A stretch of 64,000 nucleotides of DNA from Gnetum montanum (taxonomy: Eukaryota; Plantae; Gnetophyta). The DNA is taken from contig MNCI01002587.1 of assembly GCA_015680685.1 (NCBI GenBank), forward strand, positions 124,001 to 188,000. The letters run 5' to 3'. A model generated the notes under the pieces. That model worked only from the letters and a program-made list of their open reading frames with translations. It did not search any database and was not told the origin of the DNA. Positions 12,081 through 24,900 of this stretch are shown here, piece after piece; the first letter of the stretch is position 1, and every line of letters starts with the position of its first letter. Both the position numbers and the translations under genes were made by a program.

Positions 12081-15000
12081 TCAAACATAGTACTATTTCA
12101 AGTACACATGATTTTTGGGATTAACGAACTCATTCCCATCCATGTCAGCAAGTTTGAATGCTCCATTATTGTATGCCTTGATGACTAAGTAAGGCCCTTC
12201 CCAGTTAGCTAATAATTTATCTAGGTGTTCACGGATAGCCTTAAGGACTAGTCTCCTTCTTTAATTGGGTGCTTATGCAGATTGTGTTTGTGTCATTGCC
12301 GCTATTGTTTTTGGTACCACTAGATCTAATCAAGTGTTTGCACATGTTCCTCCTCCACCAAATCAAGGTCAGCAATGTGCATTTCATTGCTTTGGCTTTC
12401 ATTGAGGAGGCCTGAGAGAGCTATCTGCAATGAGGAAACCTATAACTCCAAAGGTAAAATAGCTTCAGATCCATATACAAGACTATATGGAGTTTTACCT
12501 GTAGATGTTCGATGTGTTGTTCTGTATGCCCATATTGTGTAGACTAGTTGTTCGTGCCATCACCTCTTACTTTAATTTAACATCTTTTTGAGCACCATGA
12601 TGATAGTTTTTTTTGTAGCCTCTACTTGACCATTGCTCTATGGGTAATAAGGTGATGAGAATGCATGTTTAATACCCAAGCTTTCACAAAAGCTTTTAGT
12701 ATCTACACTGTTGAACTGTGGCCCATTGTCAATAACGATGGTCATCGAAATATCAAAACAGGCCATGATGTTTTCTATTATGAAAGTAAAAATGTGTTTA
12801 GAAGTGGTCTTCCTAAGGGGAATAGCTTCTACCCATTTTGTGAAGTATTCAGTTGCAGTGAGAATGAAGCTATGCCCTATGGAGGATGATGGTGCTATTG
12901 GTCCAATTAAGTCTAATCCCCATCATTGCAATGGCCACGTGATTTATGTTTTGTGTAATTCGTTAGGTGGAACATGTATTAAGTTACCATGCCTTTGGCA
13001 AATGTCACATGTCCTGACCTTGGAAAAGCAATGGTACTCCATGTGTGGCCAGTAGTATCCCAAGCACCTAATCTTTGTTGCCATTTCTTTGGGTGCTATG
13101 TGCCCTCCACAAAGTCCTTCGTGGACTTGTTTTATAATCATTTGACCATCGATGCTACTAATGCACATCAACAGAATGCCTTCATAGGATTTGTGACACA
13201 AGGTGTCTCCTATTAATGCATATTGCCGAGAGCATCTTTGCACTACATCCTTATGAGCATTTGTTAGATGTTTTGGAGGTTCACCTCATAGAAGGTACTC
13301 TTTTATGTCATCATACCATTCTATTGCGTGTGTTGTGCTAACGGATGCTATAGGCATTTCATCAAGAGCATCGGTTATAGGTTCAGCACAATTTGTTCTA
13401 AAGCTAGGCAACACATGGAACATTTCGGGTGTCATGTTTAGGGCTAGTGTAGTAAGTGCATCGGCAATGGTGTTTTCGCTTCTAGGGACATGTTGTATAC
13501 CCACTTCTACTAATTTCCTCGGTAGATTTTTGGTCAAATCACAATATTATTGCAAATGGAGAGCTTTGCATGCATAAATTTCTGTGACTTGATTAATGAC
13601 TAACTGTGAATCGCCTTGAACTACAAGACATGATTCCCAAAGTTAATGCTGCTTGAAGACCTCTAAGAAGACCTTTGTATTCTACCATGTTATTGGTACA
13701 AGGAAAGGTCAATCGGTAGGCGAAGGGTTGGATTTCTCCAGAGGGGTATGTTAAAATGGCCACAGCACTTCCTCCTTAGGAAGTTGAAGCTCCATCAAAA
13801 TAAAGGATCACCTCGTAGTTATCAGGCATGGTGTCTATACTATTAACATTCTCATCAGGGAATTCATGGTTAATCATTGCCTGATCATGCATTGGCGAGA
13901 TGGTTAATTATGTGACTATTGCTTAACCTTTTGTGGAGGATTGAGCAACATAGTGTAAGTCAAACTCGGCAATCATTGGTTTTCACCTAGCTATCCTAAT
14001 CAACTTGTAGATGTTATTAGTGATGGCACAAAGTACATTATTCTTGCAAATGTTGTAGACTTGATTATAGAAGAGATAATGCAGCCATTTCTTCAAGGAG
14101 AATATGAGGGCAAGGCATGATTTCTCTATGTCATTGTATCGTTGTTCATAGGCAATTAAAGCATGGCTTAGGTAATACACAATGATCTCAACTCCATCTT
14201 TAGGTTTTTGACAAAGCATTGATGCAATGGAAGAATTGGAAGTTGCAAGATAGATGTAGAAGTGTTTATTGCTCTGTGGGGGATAAATGGTCGGTAGTTG
14301 AGCTAGCTCTTGTTTTATGTTCTTGAATGCTTCCTGGCATTGTTGAGTCCATTGGAAATGCACATTCTTTCATAATAGGTGTTGCATGGGTCTCGAATTA
14401 TCTGTCAACATTTCGATAAAGTGTCTAATGAATTGCAGTCTACCTTGGAGACCACGTAGTTCAGTAAGGTTTTCTGGTAGCCTTATTAGGGTCTACTCGT
14501 ATCCCTATTTCAGAGACTACGAAGCCAAGAATTTTTCTAGTTTTGACACCAAAGACACAATTCTTTGGGTTGAGCCTAAGGTCATATTTGAGACAACATT
14601 TAAACACTAGGTCTAGATACTTTGCATGTTGTTTGATTTTCTTAGATTTAACCGTGATGTCGTCAACATAATGATTGAGCAAGTTGAGCATGTAATCATT
14701 AAATATATATGTCATTGCTCATTGATATGTAGTGCCTGCATTTTAAAGACCAAACGACATCATCGTATAGCAGAATGTATGCCAAGGCATCATAAAGGTT
14801 GTTCTAAGTTGATGTTCCGGGTTGATTCTTATTTGGTTGTATCCTGAAAATCCATCCATAAAGGATAATAGCGCATGCCCAGCAGTTGTGTCAATAAGTT
14901 GATCGATGCTAGGTAGTGGGAAGTCATCCTTTATAGTGGCTGTGTTGAGATCACAGAAGTCAATGCATATGCGTATACTACCGTTCTTCTTAGGGACTAT

Positions 15001-15531
15001 GACAATGTTTGATACCCAGTCAGAATAGTCAATAGCATGGATGAAACCGACTTGGTAGAGCTTTTTGATTTTAGCACGGACTGCTAACGCCACCTCAGGT
15101 CTAACTTTTCATGCCTTTTGCTTCACCGGTTTGATTTTTCCATCAAGAATGATATTGTGTTGGACAATTCGGTGGTCTAATCTTTGCATATTGTTATATG
15201 ACCATGTGAACATTTTTATATTATCTTTCAGTACTTGAGTGATGTCACTAACAAGTTGTGAGTCCAGTAGGGCACTTAATTTCAATGTTCTAGCTTCGCC
15301 ATTAGAGGTGGTAATGGGGACTTCAACAAGGGAATCTTCATTGATATTATCAGCCTCTAGATCTAAATTTTTAGTTAGATTTTTAGGCGAGTCTGATGTT
15401 TCCTGAGTGGAAGCTATTAAGTAAGTATAAGCAGATGGGTCTAGATCCAAGGATTCTAGATTGATTACTCTTTTTACCTCCCTATATGATCCACTGAGAG
15501 ACAATGTTGAAAGAATGTTCTTGGCAGCCAT
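12081..15531 (-). pseudogene. pol: E2 pol: RT, RNase H, aRH, integrase, fragmented
   Basis: ORFs 15109-15531, 14743-15093, 14461-14715, 13983-14363, 13286-13537 and 12944-13243 align colinearly with E1 pol. Confidence 0.95.
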
Positions 15532-16099
15532 GTGTTTTCTCCTGCCAATTTAAATCAAGAGCGAAGTAAGTGATGTATGCTTGATGAAGGAGTCATTAAA
15601 TGTAAATAGGCATTGGGTAATTAATCTATGTACTAGCAAAATTATGAGACGTAGCAGTGGTCATGGTAGTTTTAGGCCATACCGGGCTAATAATATTCAA
15701 GTCATCTTGTATTTTTGATTGAGTGTATAGAGCATTGCTCATTTCTAAATTTTGTGTGAACAATAAGTTTGTGGGGCTTTAAAGTCTTATGGATTTTCAT
15801 GCGCATCGTTATGTATTTATATATATATATTGATTTTTAACCTTTCTCCCCTCCTTTATATAAAATTTTTTATTTCTAATATTTTGGCCTCATCTCTAGA
15901 GGCTGGAATGATGAGGAATACTAGGCAAGCATGAAATAAAGATGACATAAATAATAACATGCAAACAAAATTTAAACATGAAACATGATAAATTTAAATA
16001 AAAAAGAGAAAGTAAAATAAGAGAAAATAAATTAAATTAAATTGAGAATGGATATTAGGGGTTAATAAAGGGGGCTTTGAGATACAAGGGCATCATTTG

Positions 16100-17135
16100 T
16101 GCTAGCGTGAGTTGGGCATCTGGATTGCAGCGTGAGCATCATCGTCAACGTCAGCATGAGCTACAATGTGAGTTACAGGGTAGCCATGAAGGGCAAAGGG
16201 AAAGCAAGTTGAGGCAAAGGGAAGAGGCAAGAAAATCTGGCATTTTTGGAGGAGAGTAAAGAGCTACTCCAGCATCTCCCCTAAGCCAGGATTCCAACAT
16301 GGGATGGAGCTCTGAATAGGTAGATTTGTTTCCTCTTGTTTTCTATAGTATTCTATTCACAGCGTTAGCTAGGGTAGCATGACTTCTATGGTCATGATTT
16401 TGGGTTGTTCTTGGGGATTCAGGGCATGATTGGGGCGTGAGTGGCCCAGGAAGTGCACAGTCAAATAGTTAGATTTTTTTTGTTTTTTTCATTTTTACAT
16501 ATGGGACGAGTGTAGCATGACTGCCAGGGCTTTCTGGGCAGTGTGAGCTTTTAGGCAGGCCCCAGTGTGCATTTTAGGGATGCCCAGCATGAATGACAGT
16601 CTAGGGCAAGCCAACATGAGTGGTTTAGGATGTGAGTGCCTAGGGGATGTGTAGGGCGTGAGTGCCCAGGGAATGTACACAGTGTGAGTGCCTAGGGAAT
16701 GCGCAAGGCATGTGTAGGATGAGTTGGATCTCTTTACATTTTGTTCACTAAGTGTTAGGGATATCTAGGGTAGTGTGAGCTTTTTCCAAGGCAGCGTGAG
16801 CTACATTGCAGGGGGAGGCTTGGTTTTTTTTGGCATTGTGAGCTACGTTGTATGGTTAGTTTCCAACATGAATGCCAAGGCTTCTTGGGTAGCATCAATT
16901 TTTCTTGTGCAGTGTGACTGCCAGGGCTTCCTGGGCAACATGAGCACAAGGTTCCCTGGGCAACATGATCTGCAAGGTTCTTAGCATGAGTTAGAATGCA
17001 GGAAACCTAGTGTGATTTTTGCAGGAGATAGGCAACATGAGTTACTGGGAACAGGCCCCAGCATGAGTTGCTGGGAACAGGCCCAGCATGAGTTCCTACA
17101 GCGTGAGTTACTAGGAACAGGCCTAGTGTGAGTGT
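16100..17135. repeat. E2 motif array, core CAGCGTGAG/CTCACGCTG (deaminated to catgag, gtgtgag)
   Basis: Many agcatgag/agcgtgag/agtgtgag copies; positional equivalent of E1 318-1420. Confidence 0.8.
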
Positions 17136-17342
17136 CTAGGCCCCTATTTGTTAAGATGTGAAGATGTAAATTGTTTGGTAAGATGTTTATTATTTGCAAG
17201 TTTTATATCTACTTAGTTTATTATTTTCTTAGGATAGATAATTTAAATACATTTCTATGTTTTTCTAAGTTTATGTTGAATATGTGAATGTTCATGTTTT
17301 TACACTTCTGTATTTATTTTATGTTGCTAGCAATAAACTACT

Positions 17343-20300
17343 ATGTAAGAGATTTCAATGTACCCCAGCGAGCATTAAGTATACTAAATAAATATTGGTG
17401 TCCTTGTCTCATGGGGTGAAGCTGTGTGATTAAATGTTATTTATGTGTTTGGTTTATGTGATTGCATACTATTGTTAGCACTTAGACTCTTTACTTACCT
17501 AATGTTTTGGCTGTATGCAGGGAACCTAAACCTTCTCTTCTTGTGGTTGAGCTTGTTGGTGTACATGCTTGGTTTGGCCCCTTTGGACCAGACATACCTC
17601 CTTATGACATGCGCATTGGGCCTCATGTAATATGGTTTCATCCCAGTGTTGGTTCATTTTTGTCATTCATCTTGCAAAATTTTAGTGTGATTATATGGTC
17701 TCACTTAAGTGAATAGTTGGCTCTTGATATCATTGAGACAATGTTGCTCAGGTCTACACAAGACATGCTTGCCTTCATTACCGACATAGATGAGGGACCT
17801 TTTAAAGTTGAGGGAGGCCCTGATGAGGGTCCTAAATCTATTTTTCCTTTGACTTGTGTATGGGAACTGCCTACTTGTTGCCATTATAACAGTAGCAACA
17901 CACTTTTCCTAACCTTTCGTCTGCACACTCTATTCCAAAATCCACTTGGGACACTGTATAGACTGGACAGGTATGCTCTTTTCTAATTTGCTTAATTTTT
18001 GATTCTTTTAAAATTATACAGTTTTCTATGCATAAATATTATTTTTCTATGCAGGCCTCGATTTGATGAGAATGGGATGCATGATGATGATGGTGGGCTT
18101 GCATTAGCACACACAGTGTTGGAGGCATTCATGGTGGGCCCCATTCTTCATGCTACGATACTATACCAGACAAAAGTGGCTATTGTTAACTACCATAGGC
18201 AATTCTCAAGGGATTTTGAATGTTTTCAAGTTTGTGGTTGGTTGCATGAGGATTAGTCTTCTAATGGGTCAATTTTTCCTCAGAGCATTGGTCCTACACC
18301 TAATGTGCCTATGCCATTTACTGATGGTAAATGATCACATTCTAGACTCCATTTTCTTTTTGTTGCATCATCGTGTACTATATTTTTAACCTTTCTCTTT
18401 GTGTTTTTTTTTACAGTAGCCATCTTTTCTGATGAAGTTACCATTGTATTAGGGCATACTGAGGCCACCCATTTTATGAAATATGGGGAGGTAGAGCAGT
18501 CACAACAATGGTTGCAGAAGAAAGCTCCTGAGTTGATCATCAGTTGCCTTACCTTAGTAGGTCTGATGGACTTGTTCACTACTTTGACTCCAAATGTTCC
18601 GACGATTGAGATGATCACTATTGTAGATTCTTTCAGTGATGATGCTTCCCATTTTACTACACGAGTTCAAGGAGTTAAGGTATCTTTCCACCTGACCATT
18701 GTGTTCCTTTTCAATCTTTTTGGCATGCCCATGAATGGTGCCAGGGTGGCCATAGATAAAGCAACTAAAGAAGGCTAGGTCATAAAAGAGCTTGAAGAGT
18801 GGTTAGGCGTGTCTTGGGGTCCTAAAGGTTTTTCCATATAAAATGATACCTAATCACTAGAGATGAACTTCTTGTACCCTCTCTTTCGGGAACGAGCATT
18901 CCCTAAATCTATCTCTCAAGGAAGAAACCTTGGGATCGAGTCTGCACGTGTCATACACGTAATCTTAGAGATATGCATGCATTATAACTAGGCACAGTTT
19001 CTTGGATCTAGCTTTCATGGAGAGATTTTTAGGTTACGTTCAAACATCAACACCAAATCCCATTTCATGTTTGCTTTCTTCACAAGGTACCTATGTAGGT
19101 TTGCTGAGTTCCTAGTAGTTTATGGTGATAACCGTTATATATTGAGAGATCATTCATAGTTGTCCTGCCCCTGGATTCATCATTTGTTTAGCACCACTAG
19201 ATCTCAGGACCCACCCAATGGCATCGATGAATCAGTGTTTGTTACTACTAGGGGTGTAGCTAGTAGTTCCCATCATTCCTATGATAGTTTGGGATTGGAA
19301 CTGCCTATACTGCACACGTTTGTTAAAGGGGCTGAACATATGATCCATGAGACCGTCGGAAGATCTAAGGTGAAGGTGAAGAGAAATGAACACCCAAGGG
19401 AGCTTGCTCCTGACGTGAGACCACCAAGAGTGAAGAGGATCCGCTTCATATTACGAGTGGAGGGTGAGTGTTTTTTATTTTATTGTTATGTATTTATATT
19501 TATTTATTTTTTAGTTTATATGTTTATTAATCATACGTATATGCTATGTCATACGAACACTAGGATTCTAGTGTTATTAGAGGAAAGTCCTGAGAGGGAG
19601 AGAGAAGTCTTGGCCTCGATGGTTGAACCAGAAGTGATTGTCACAAGGCCAGGGGAAGAAGCAATCAAGAAACCTCCTTCTCCACAAGAGAAAGATGTGA
19701 CAAGCATCGTGGGGACAAAGCTTGCTGAGGCTTTGGATGCACTTAGGCATTCAAGTGATGAAAGAGGTGTTTTCGATGGTTTCTTTGATGGATCTTTGCA
19801 ACTTGGTGATCCGCCCAAGCTTACTAGCAAAGGGATTTTTGGTATGTTCCTTTTAGCACAATCCATGTTTTCATACCTTTTAACTTTTATGTGTTGTTCT
19901 TGATTATCTTGATTATTCCTAACATTAGAGGTAGATGCGAAGGTTTCTAAGGCACATACATCCTGGATGGAGGTGTTAGGATCACAGGCCCCATTTGAGG
20001 TACCCTCCCATGCTTGTCCCACCTCCACTAACCAGCTAAGGCCATGGCCTGAGATGCCTAGTAAAATGGATTTTTTCACAGGCATCGTTAATGATATGGT
20101 CGCTCACCTACAACAAGCTCATCCAAAACTAGGTATATGTATGTTATGTATTATGCTAAGTGTTTGGATTTATTGTGTTTCTTTGCATTCATCATTTTTT
20201 TTAGATAATAGCTTATTCATGTGTGTGATTCTTACACCTACAGGTGCCGAGCTTCAATGGGATCCTTCTGAGGCTACTCATATTGATGCCCTCCCTGAAT

Positions 20301-21196
20301 TGCCAAGGAATATTGAGCAAGTCCCTAGAAAGGTTTACGATGCAATTTTTAGTTGCATCGTACTAAATGCCAAGTCACTTTGGACTTGTAGGAATTCAAT
20401 TGAATATCTATGAGACGAGGTGCAATCACTGAGGGAAGCACTAGCAAATGAGAGAGAGGAGAAGAGGGATCTCCAATCCTATTATGATTTTTCTGCTACA
20501 AGGCTATTTGGTGATAGCACCTGGTGCACATCTGAAATCACCTATGCACGTTACTAGATGGTTTTGAACAGCAAAGTGTAGGCGAAATGGGATTTAGTAG
20601 AATAAAGCGCACATATGGATTTGCTGAATAGGAAATGTTACGATTGGAAATCCTTTACTACTAAAGTATGGAAGTGGGGTCAGGAGCAAAAGGATCACAA
20701 GAATTAGTACAAGAAATGGTTAAAGGAGGAGTCTATTGAACATCGTCGGATGGAAATGTTCATTGATGGGCTAGGCTTGCATCCTACTTATGATAGGTTT
20801 GCCAAGTGCACCAAGGTGGAGGGATCTCCCAAGAGAATCATTACAACTGCCTCTAAGGAGGCTTCGACAGGCATGTTCTCTCTCGAGCACCCTACCTGGA
20901 CTTTGGTGGAAAAGGGTAAAACCTTAGCTGGTATTGATCTTGGCCTAGAGGAGGATTGGGCAAATGTGCCTGAGAAGGAGATTCTATGGCTTTTGGAGGC
21001 CAGCCTAAGGCCTTCCTCACTTATGAGTATTTTATTATGGCACTTACTTTTGTATGGTTTTATTGTTTTTATTGTTAGTATTATTGTTTTTTCTGGCTTT
21101 GCATTCCGAGTTGTTTTATTACTCTTACCAGTTTTTTTGTTTTTTATTCTATTATAGGGACATGTTAATGATGGAGATGGTCCCCCAATTGAGTGA
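17343..21196 (+). pseudogene. E2 antisense multi-exon accessory gene (~1000 aa): FCP1/SCP-like pseudo-phosphatase + plant transposon protein-like domain + coiled coil
   Basis: Phase-consistent GT-AG exons 17343-17344, 17521-17970, 18055-18326, 18417-19463, 19581-19841, 19929-20132, 20244-~21023, and a possible 21158-21196; no frameshift; stops are single C>T or G>A changes. Confidence 0.8.
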
Positions 21197-21594
21197 GAGC
21201 GGATGATGAAGAGGATCTTGGGGACAAACCCCTTCCATAAGGTTATTGTTAATTAGGATTTAGCTATTAAATGTTTTGGATTTTTGGATGTTTGATGGAA
21301 ATATATGATGGAAAAATGTAATAATATGGATCTAATCATGGCATAATGTGTTGGAATTTCATTACCATATTGACATTTAGTATTTTTTTTATTTTTAAAT
21401 GATTTCTCTTTTTGTTTGTTTTCTCAAGTATTATCATGAACATATGTGTATAGCTAAATGTAAAATGAGGGAACAAAACATAAATCCAATATTTGTAGAA
21501 GAGGAAAGTAATGAGAAGGCATGAATCAAAATTGTAACTTGTAAACAAACATTTAACGTAGTGTAACAAGAGTTTGTGAATTTGTACATCTTGA

Positions 21595-21835
21595 GCTCTA
21601 GTTTAAAGCCATTTCAGGCTGTGTTCATCCGTTTAAAGTCATGATGGACTGTCAAATCTATTGTTAAACAAAGAGGGTTTACCAGTTTTAGGCCATAGTG
21701 GGCCGAAAGCAATAACAGTTTTAGGGAATTTTAAAAGGAACTGGCCATTTCTAACCATGCCTATTTTAACATCATTGCGGACGTTCGTTGGTAGTTTTAA
21801 AGTCATGCTAGATGATTGGTAGTTTAACATCATTC
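21595..21835 (-). repeat. Hairpin-motif array just inside the 5' end of the large intron
   Basis: Minus strand TGGCTTTAAACT, TGACTTTAAAC, TGGCCTAAAACT, TGACTTTAAAACT and TGATGTTAAACT. Confidence 0.7.
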
Positions 21836-21935
21836 CAGACGGTTGGGGGTAGTTCGCCCTAACCATTAAGTTGTTTTTTAATCCTTTGTAGTTTGACATG
21901 AGGGGTAGGGCATGTAGGCATGATCTTATACTCAC

Positions 21936-24900
21936 CTTCCCCTTCACTAGTGATGTCAAAGGGTAGCTCTAACTAGGAGACGTTAGTGGGAACGGCTCCT
22001 ATATTTGTGTTGTTTGGTGCTTCCTTAGTTTTAGTAGGATCATGAGTTATCGTTGGGTTCATGTCCTAAAGTATGCTCATGGTTCCTTGTTTAGGCTCAG
22101 AGAACTCAATTTTTCACCCTTGATCCATTCTTGAGTGCTAGGAAGTGGGTGATGTTGTCGTATCCCCATGTATGATGATCTCACTGCCCTCATAAGGTAG
22201 GTGGATCTCTTGATGGATTGGTGAGGATACGGCTCCAAGTTGAGCTAGCCAAGGACGTCCTAAAATCATATTGAACCCTAGCATTTCTTCAACCACTACA
22301 AATTCAGCTGATGTGGGGAACTGGTCCCCTGCTATGAAATCCAATGTAACCATACCTTTCACCATGACACGGGAACCACTAAAGGATCTTAAGAAAGAAG
22401 TTGTTGTGGGATGTATCTACTCTATAAGCCCCAATTTCTTGATGATAGGAAAGGGTATTACATTCGTTGCTGCACTATCATCAACATGCACCCTATGTAT
22501 CTTGAAATGGTTGACTTGTATCTTTATAAACATAGGGGCTGTAGTAGCCTCTCCCATTTTCTCATCCTACTTAATCTCGTTAGCATGAAACTCTAGGGAC
22601 ATCATCCTTGACTCTTGAGGTTGTTGGGACAGTACCGCATAAATAGACAGCTCGTCTGTGGGAAGGTCCTCACTAACAGGGATTGAAATCAACATATGCA
22701 TGAGTGCTTCTTGATGTACAGTTGAAGTCATTACTAGATCATACAGGCTTAAGGAAGTATTCTTTTGTTTCAAAGCTTGCGTGACTTGAGTTAATGCACT
22801 CACTAGATCTTTACCATTTGGGGCATCCTTATCTACAAAGACTTGATCCATTTGACCTAGCATTCGTATCTCTCATAGAGGTATTTTGCATTGGCAACTA
22901 GGGATGTTGAGTTTGGGACCCTAAGAGTACCAATATTCTTGTCTTAGTGACTTGTGCTAGGCTCACTAATGGATGGACTCATAGGAACAACATTTAACAG
23001 TATGGGCTTTTTTGGTCCTACTTCACACTCATGACGTTCCTTCTCTAGGAACTCTCGTGTCAACTTTTTGACAAGATGCTCTCGTAGGGGTCACAGGGAA
23101 ATGGTAGGGGGTTGCACATCAGGGTGTTTCAGCATCCAGATCACAAAGGGAGTGGGCTGGGTTTCCAATGGTGTGGTTGTTATTGCGACAGAAGGGGATA
23201 CATGGATGACAAATGATTTTTGTGGCATGGGGAATGTGTGTACAACGAAAGGAGTTTGAGGAGGTGTTGAGGTAGGTGTATTACAAAATTTTTTCACGAG
23301 ATGTCCTATCCATTCTCCACATGAATAGTGTTAATCACATACAGTGCATCATTAGAATTGAGAGGGTCCTTGTAGACCCCCATGGGTTGGTTCTAGGGCC
23401 TCATTGGGTTTGTCTCATCAAATACTATTTCACCCCTATCAATCATGCACTATATATCCTATTTTAAGGTGAAACAGTAGTTAGTTCCATGTCCACAACA
23501 TTGGTGATATTCACAAAATCTATCCAACCTAAAGCCTCTTGGAATGGGGGGCTCATTAGATGTTGCTAAAGTTGGGTTCTTAGCCAACTCACAGAAACGA
23601 TCATGGTTTTGAGACACCATAGGAGACATTTGTTTATGTTTGATTAACCCAGCCTTTAGAAGTTGATCTAGAAATTGTGAAGGCTTCATAGGAAAGGGTG
23701 TATACTGAGTAGGATCATTTCATTCAAATGTACTAGTGTGACCCATTTTGGTGCTTTTATTTGAGGAAGATTCGGGTGTAGGCATAGGTGTGGTTCTTTC
23801 ACGGCCGGTTGGAGTAGCAGGTTTTTTTCCTTTCTATCTTGGATTGTTAGGTTGCGATGTCTCTGCCACCACCACTACTATCATTTTGGATTTATCTTTA
23901 TCTTTCCTCGTATGTTGGTTCCTAAAGGTTGAATAAGCTGGGTTATTACTTGTTTCTGCTGCCTCTTCTATGTTCTTAATTTGCACAAATGCTTGGCTTA
24001 AAGTACAAGCATTCAAATAATAAAGTTTCAATTTAATAAATTCATTCATGGTCGCTTTAAGAATGGTAAGAAGATATGTTTCAGGGATGGGCTTGTGAAG
24101 CTCATTCAGGGCCGCACTCCACCTTTGGATGAATTTTTGTACTAGTTCTAATGACACCTTTTTTATCTAAATCAAGCTATCTAGTGTGGCTTCAAGCTTT
24201 AGATTATATTTCAAGCGGGTAATGAACTGATGTAACAAGTCTTCTAGGGAGGATATGGAATTACAAGGTAAATCTCAGTACCAATCTAAGGCTTTTCCCA
24301 TTAGGGACATAGCAAATACATGTAGAATTGCATGATGCCAGGCTTGAAGTAATAGACACTCTAGAGAAAATGTTACCAAATGGGCGTTTGGATCTCCCTC
24401 TCCATTGTACTTGGTTAGTTGAAACAATGAGATTCCCTTTGGCAAGGTTAATGGTGGGACTAAAGGATGGATTGGGTCATCTTGATAGAAGTCCAGCACC
24501 TTGACTCCCTCAATGTTTTTTTACAGTTTTAAGGTGCTTTAATTCCTTAGTTAATGAGTGCATCATTTTGTTCTTGTGTCTACCCACTCTTGGGCAGTAG
24601 GCAGACTGATGGGTTAAGTGGATTGTGATTGATAATAATTCGATTGTTGCATTGTTTTTGAAAAGGGAGACTGTTGGATTATCAGTTGTGGTGGAGAAAC
24701 ATTCAGAGATGGGATTGCAAGGTGTGGTACATTGTAGTGAGTTGGTTGATGTTGTTGAACAACTGGTGAAACCCACTGTCCAACCACAGGTTGTGAGGTC
24801 ACACCCTGAACGTGTTGGGCTGAGGTAACCAATGGTACTCCATGAGTTTGCACTTGTGGTATGTAATGGGTGGACGTAGAAACTGGTATGATAGATGGCA

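Larger units (their letters stand above)
15542..21935 (-). other. Predicted ~6.4-kb intron between protease and RT
   Basis: Donor AAG|GTGAGT at 21935; acceptor ttggcag|GAG at 15542, conserved in E1 as ttggtag|GAG at 1982; Ogre elements are known to have an intron at this position. Confidence 0.65.

Noticed and set aside
19549-20085. 178-aa minus-strand ORF, and other ORFs opposite pol (2854-3258, 3973-4347)
   Set aside because: Shadow frames of coding sequence on the other strand
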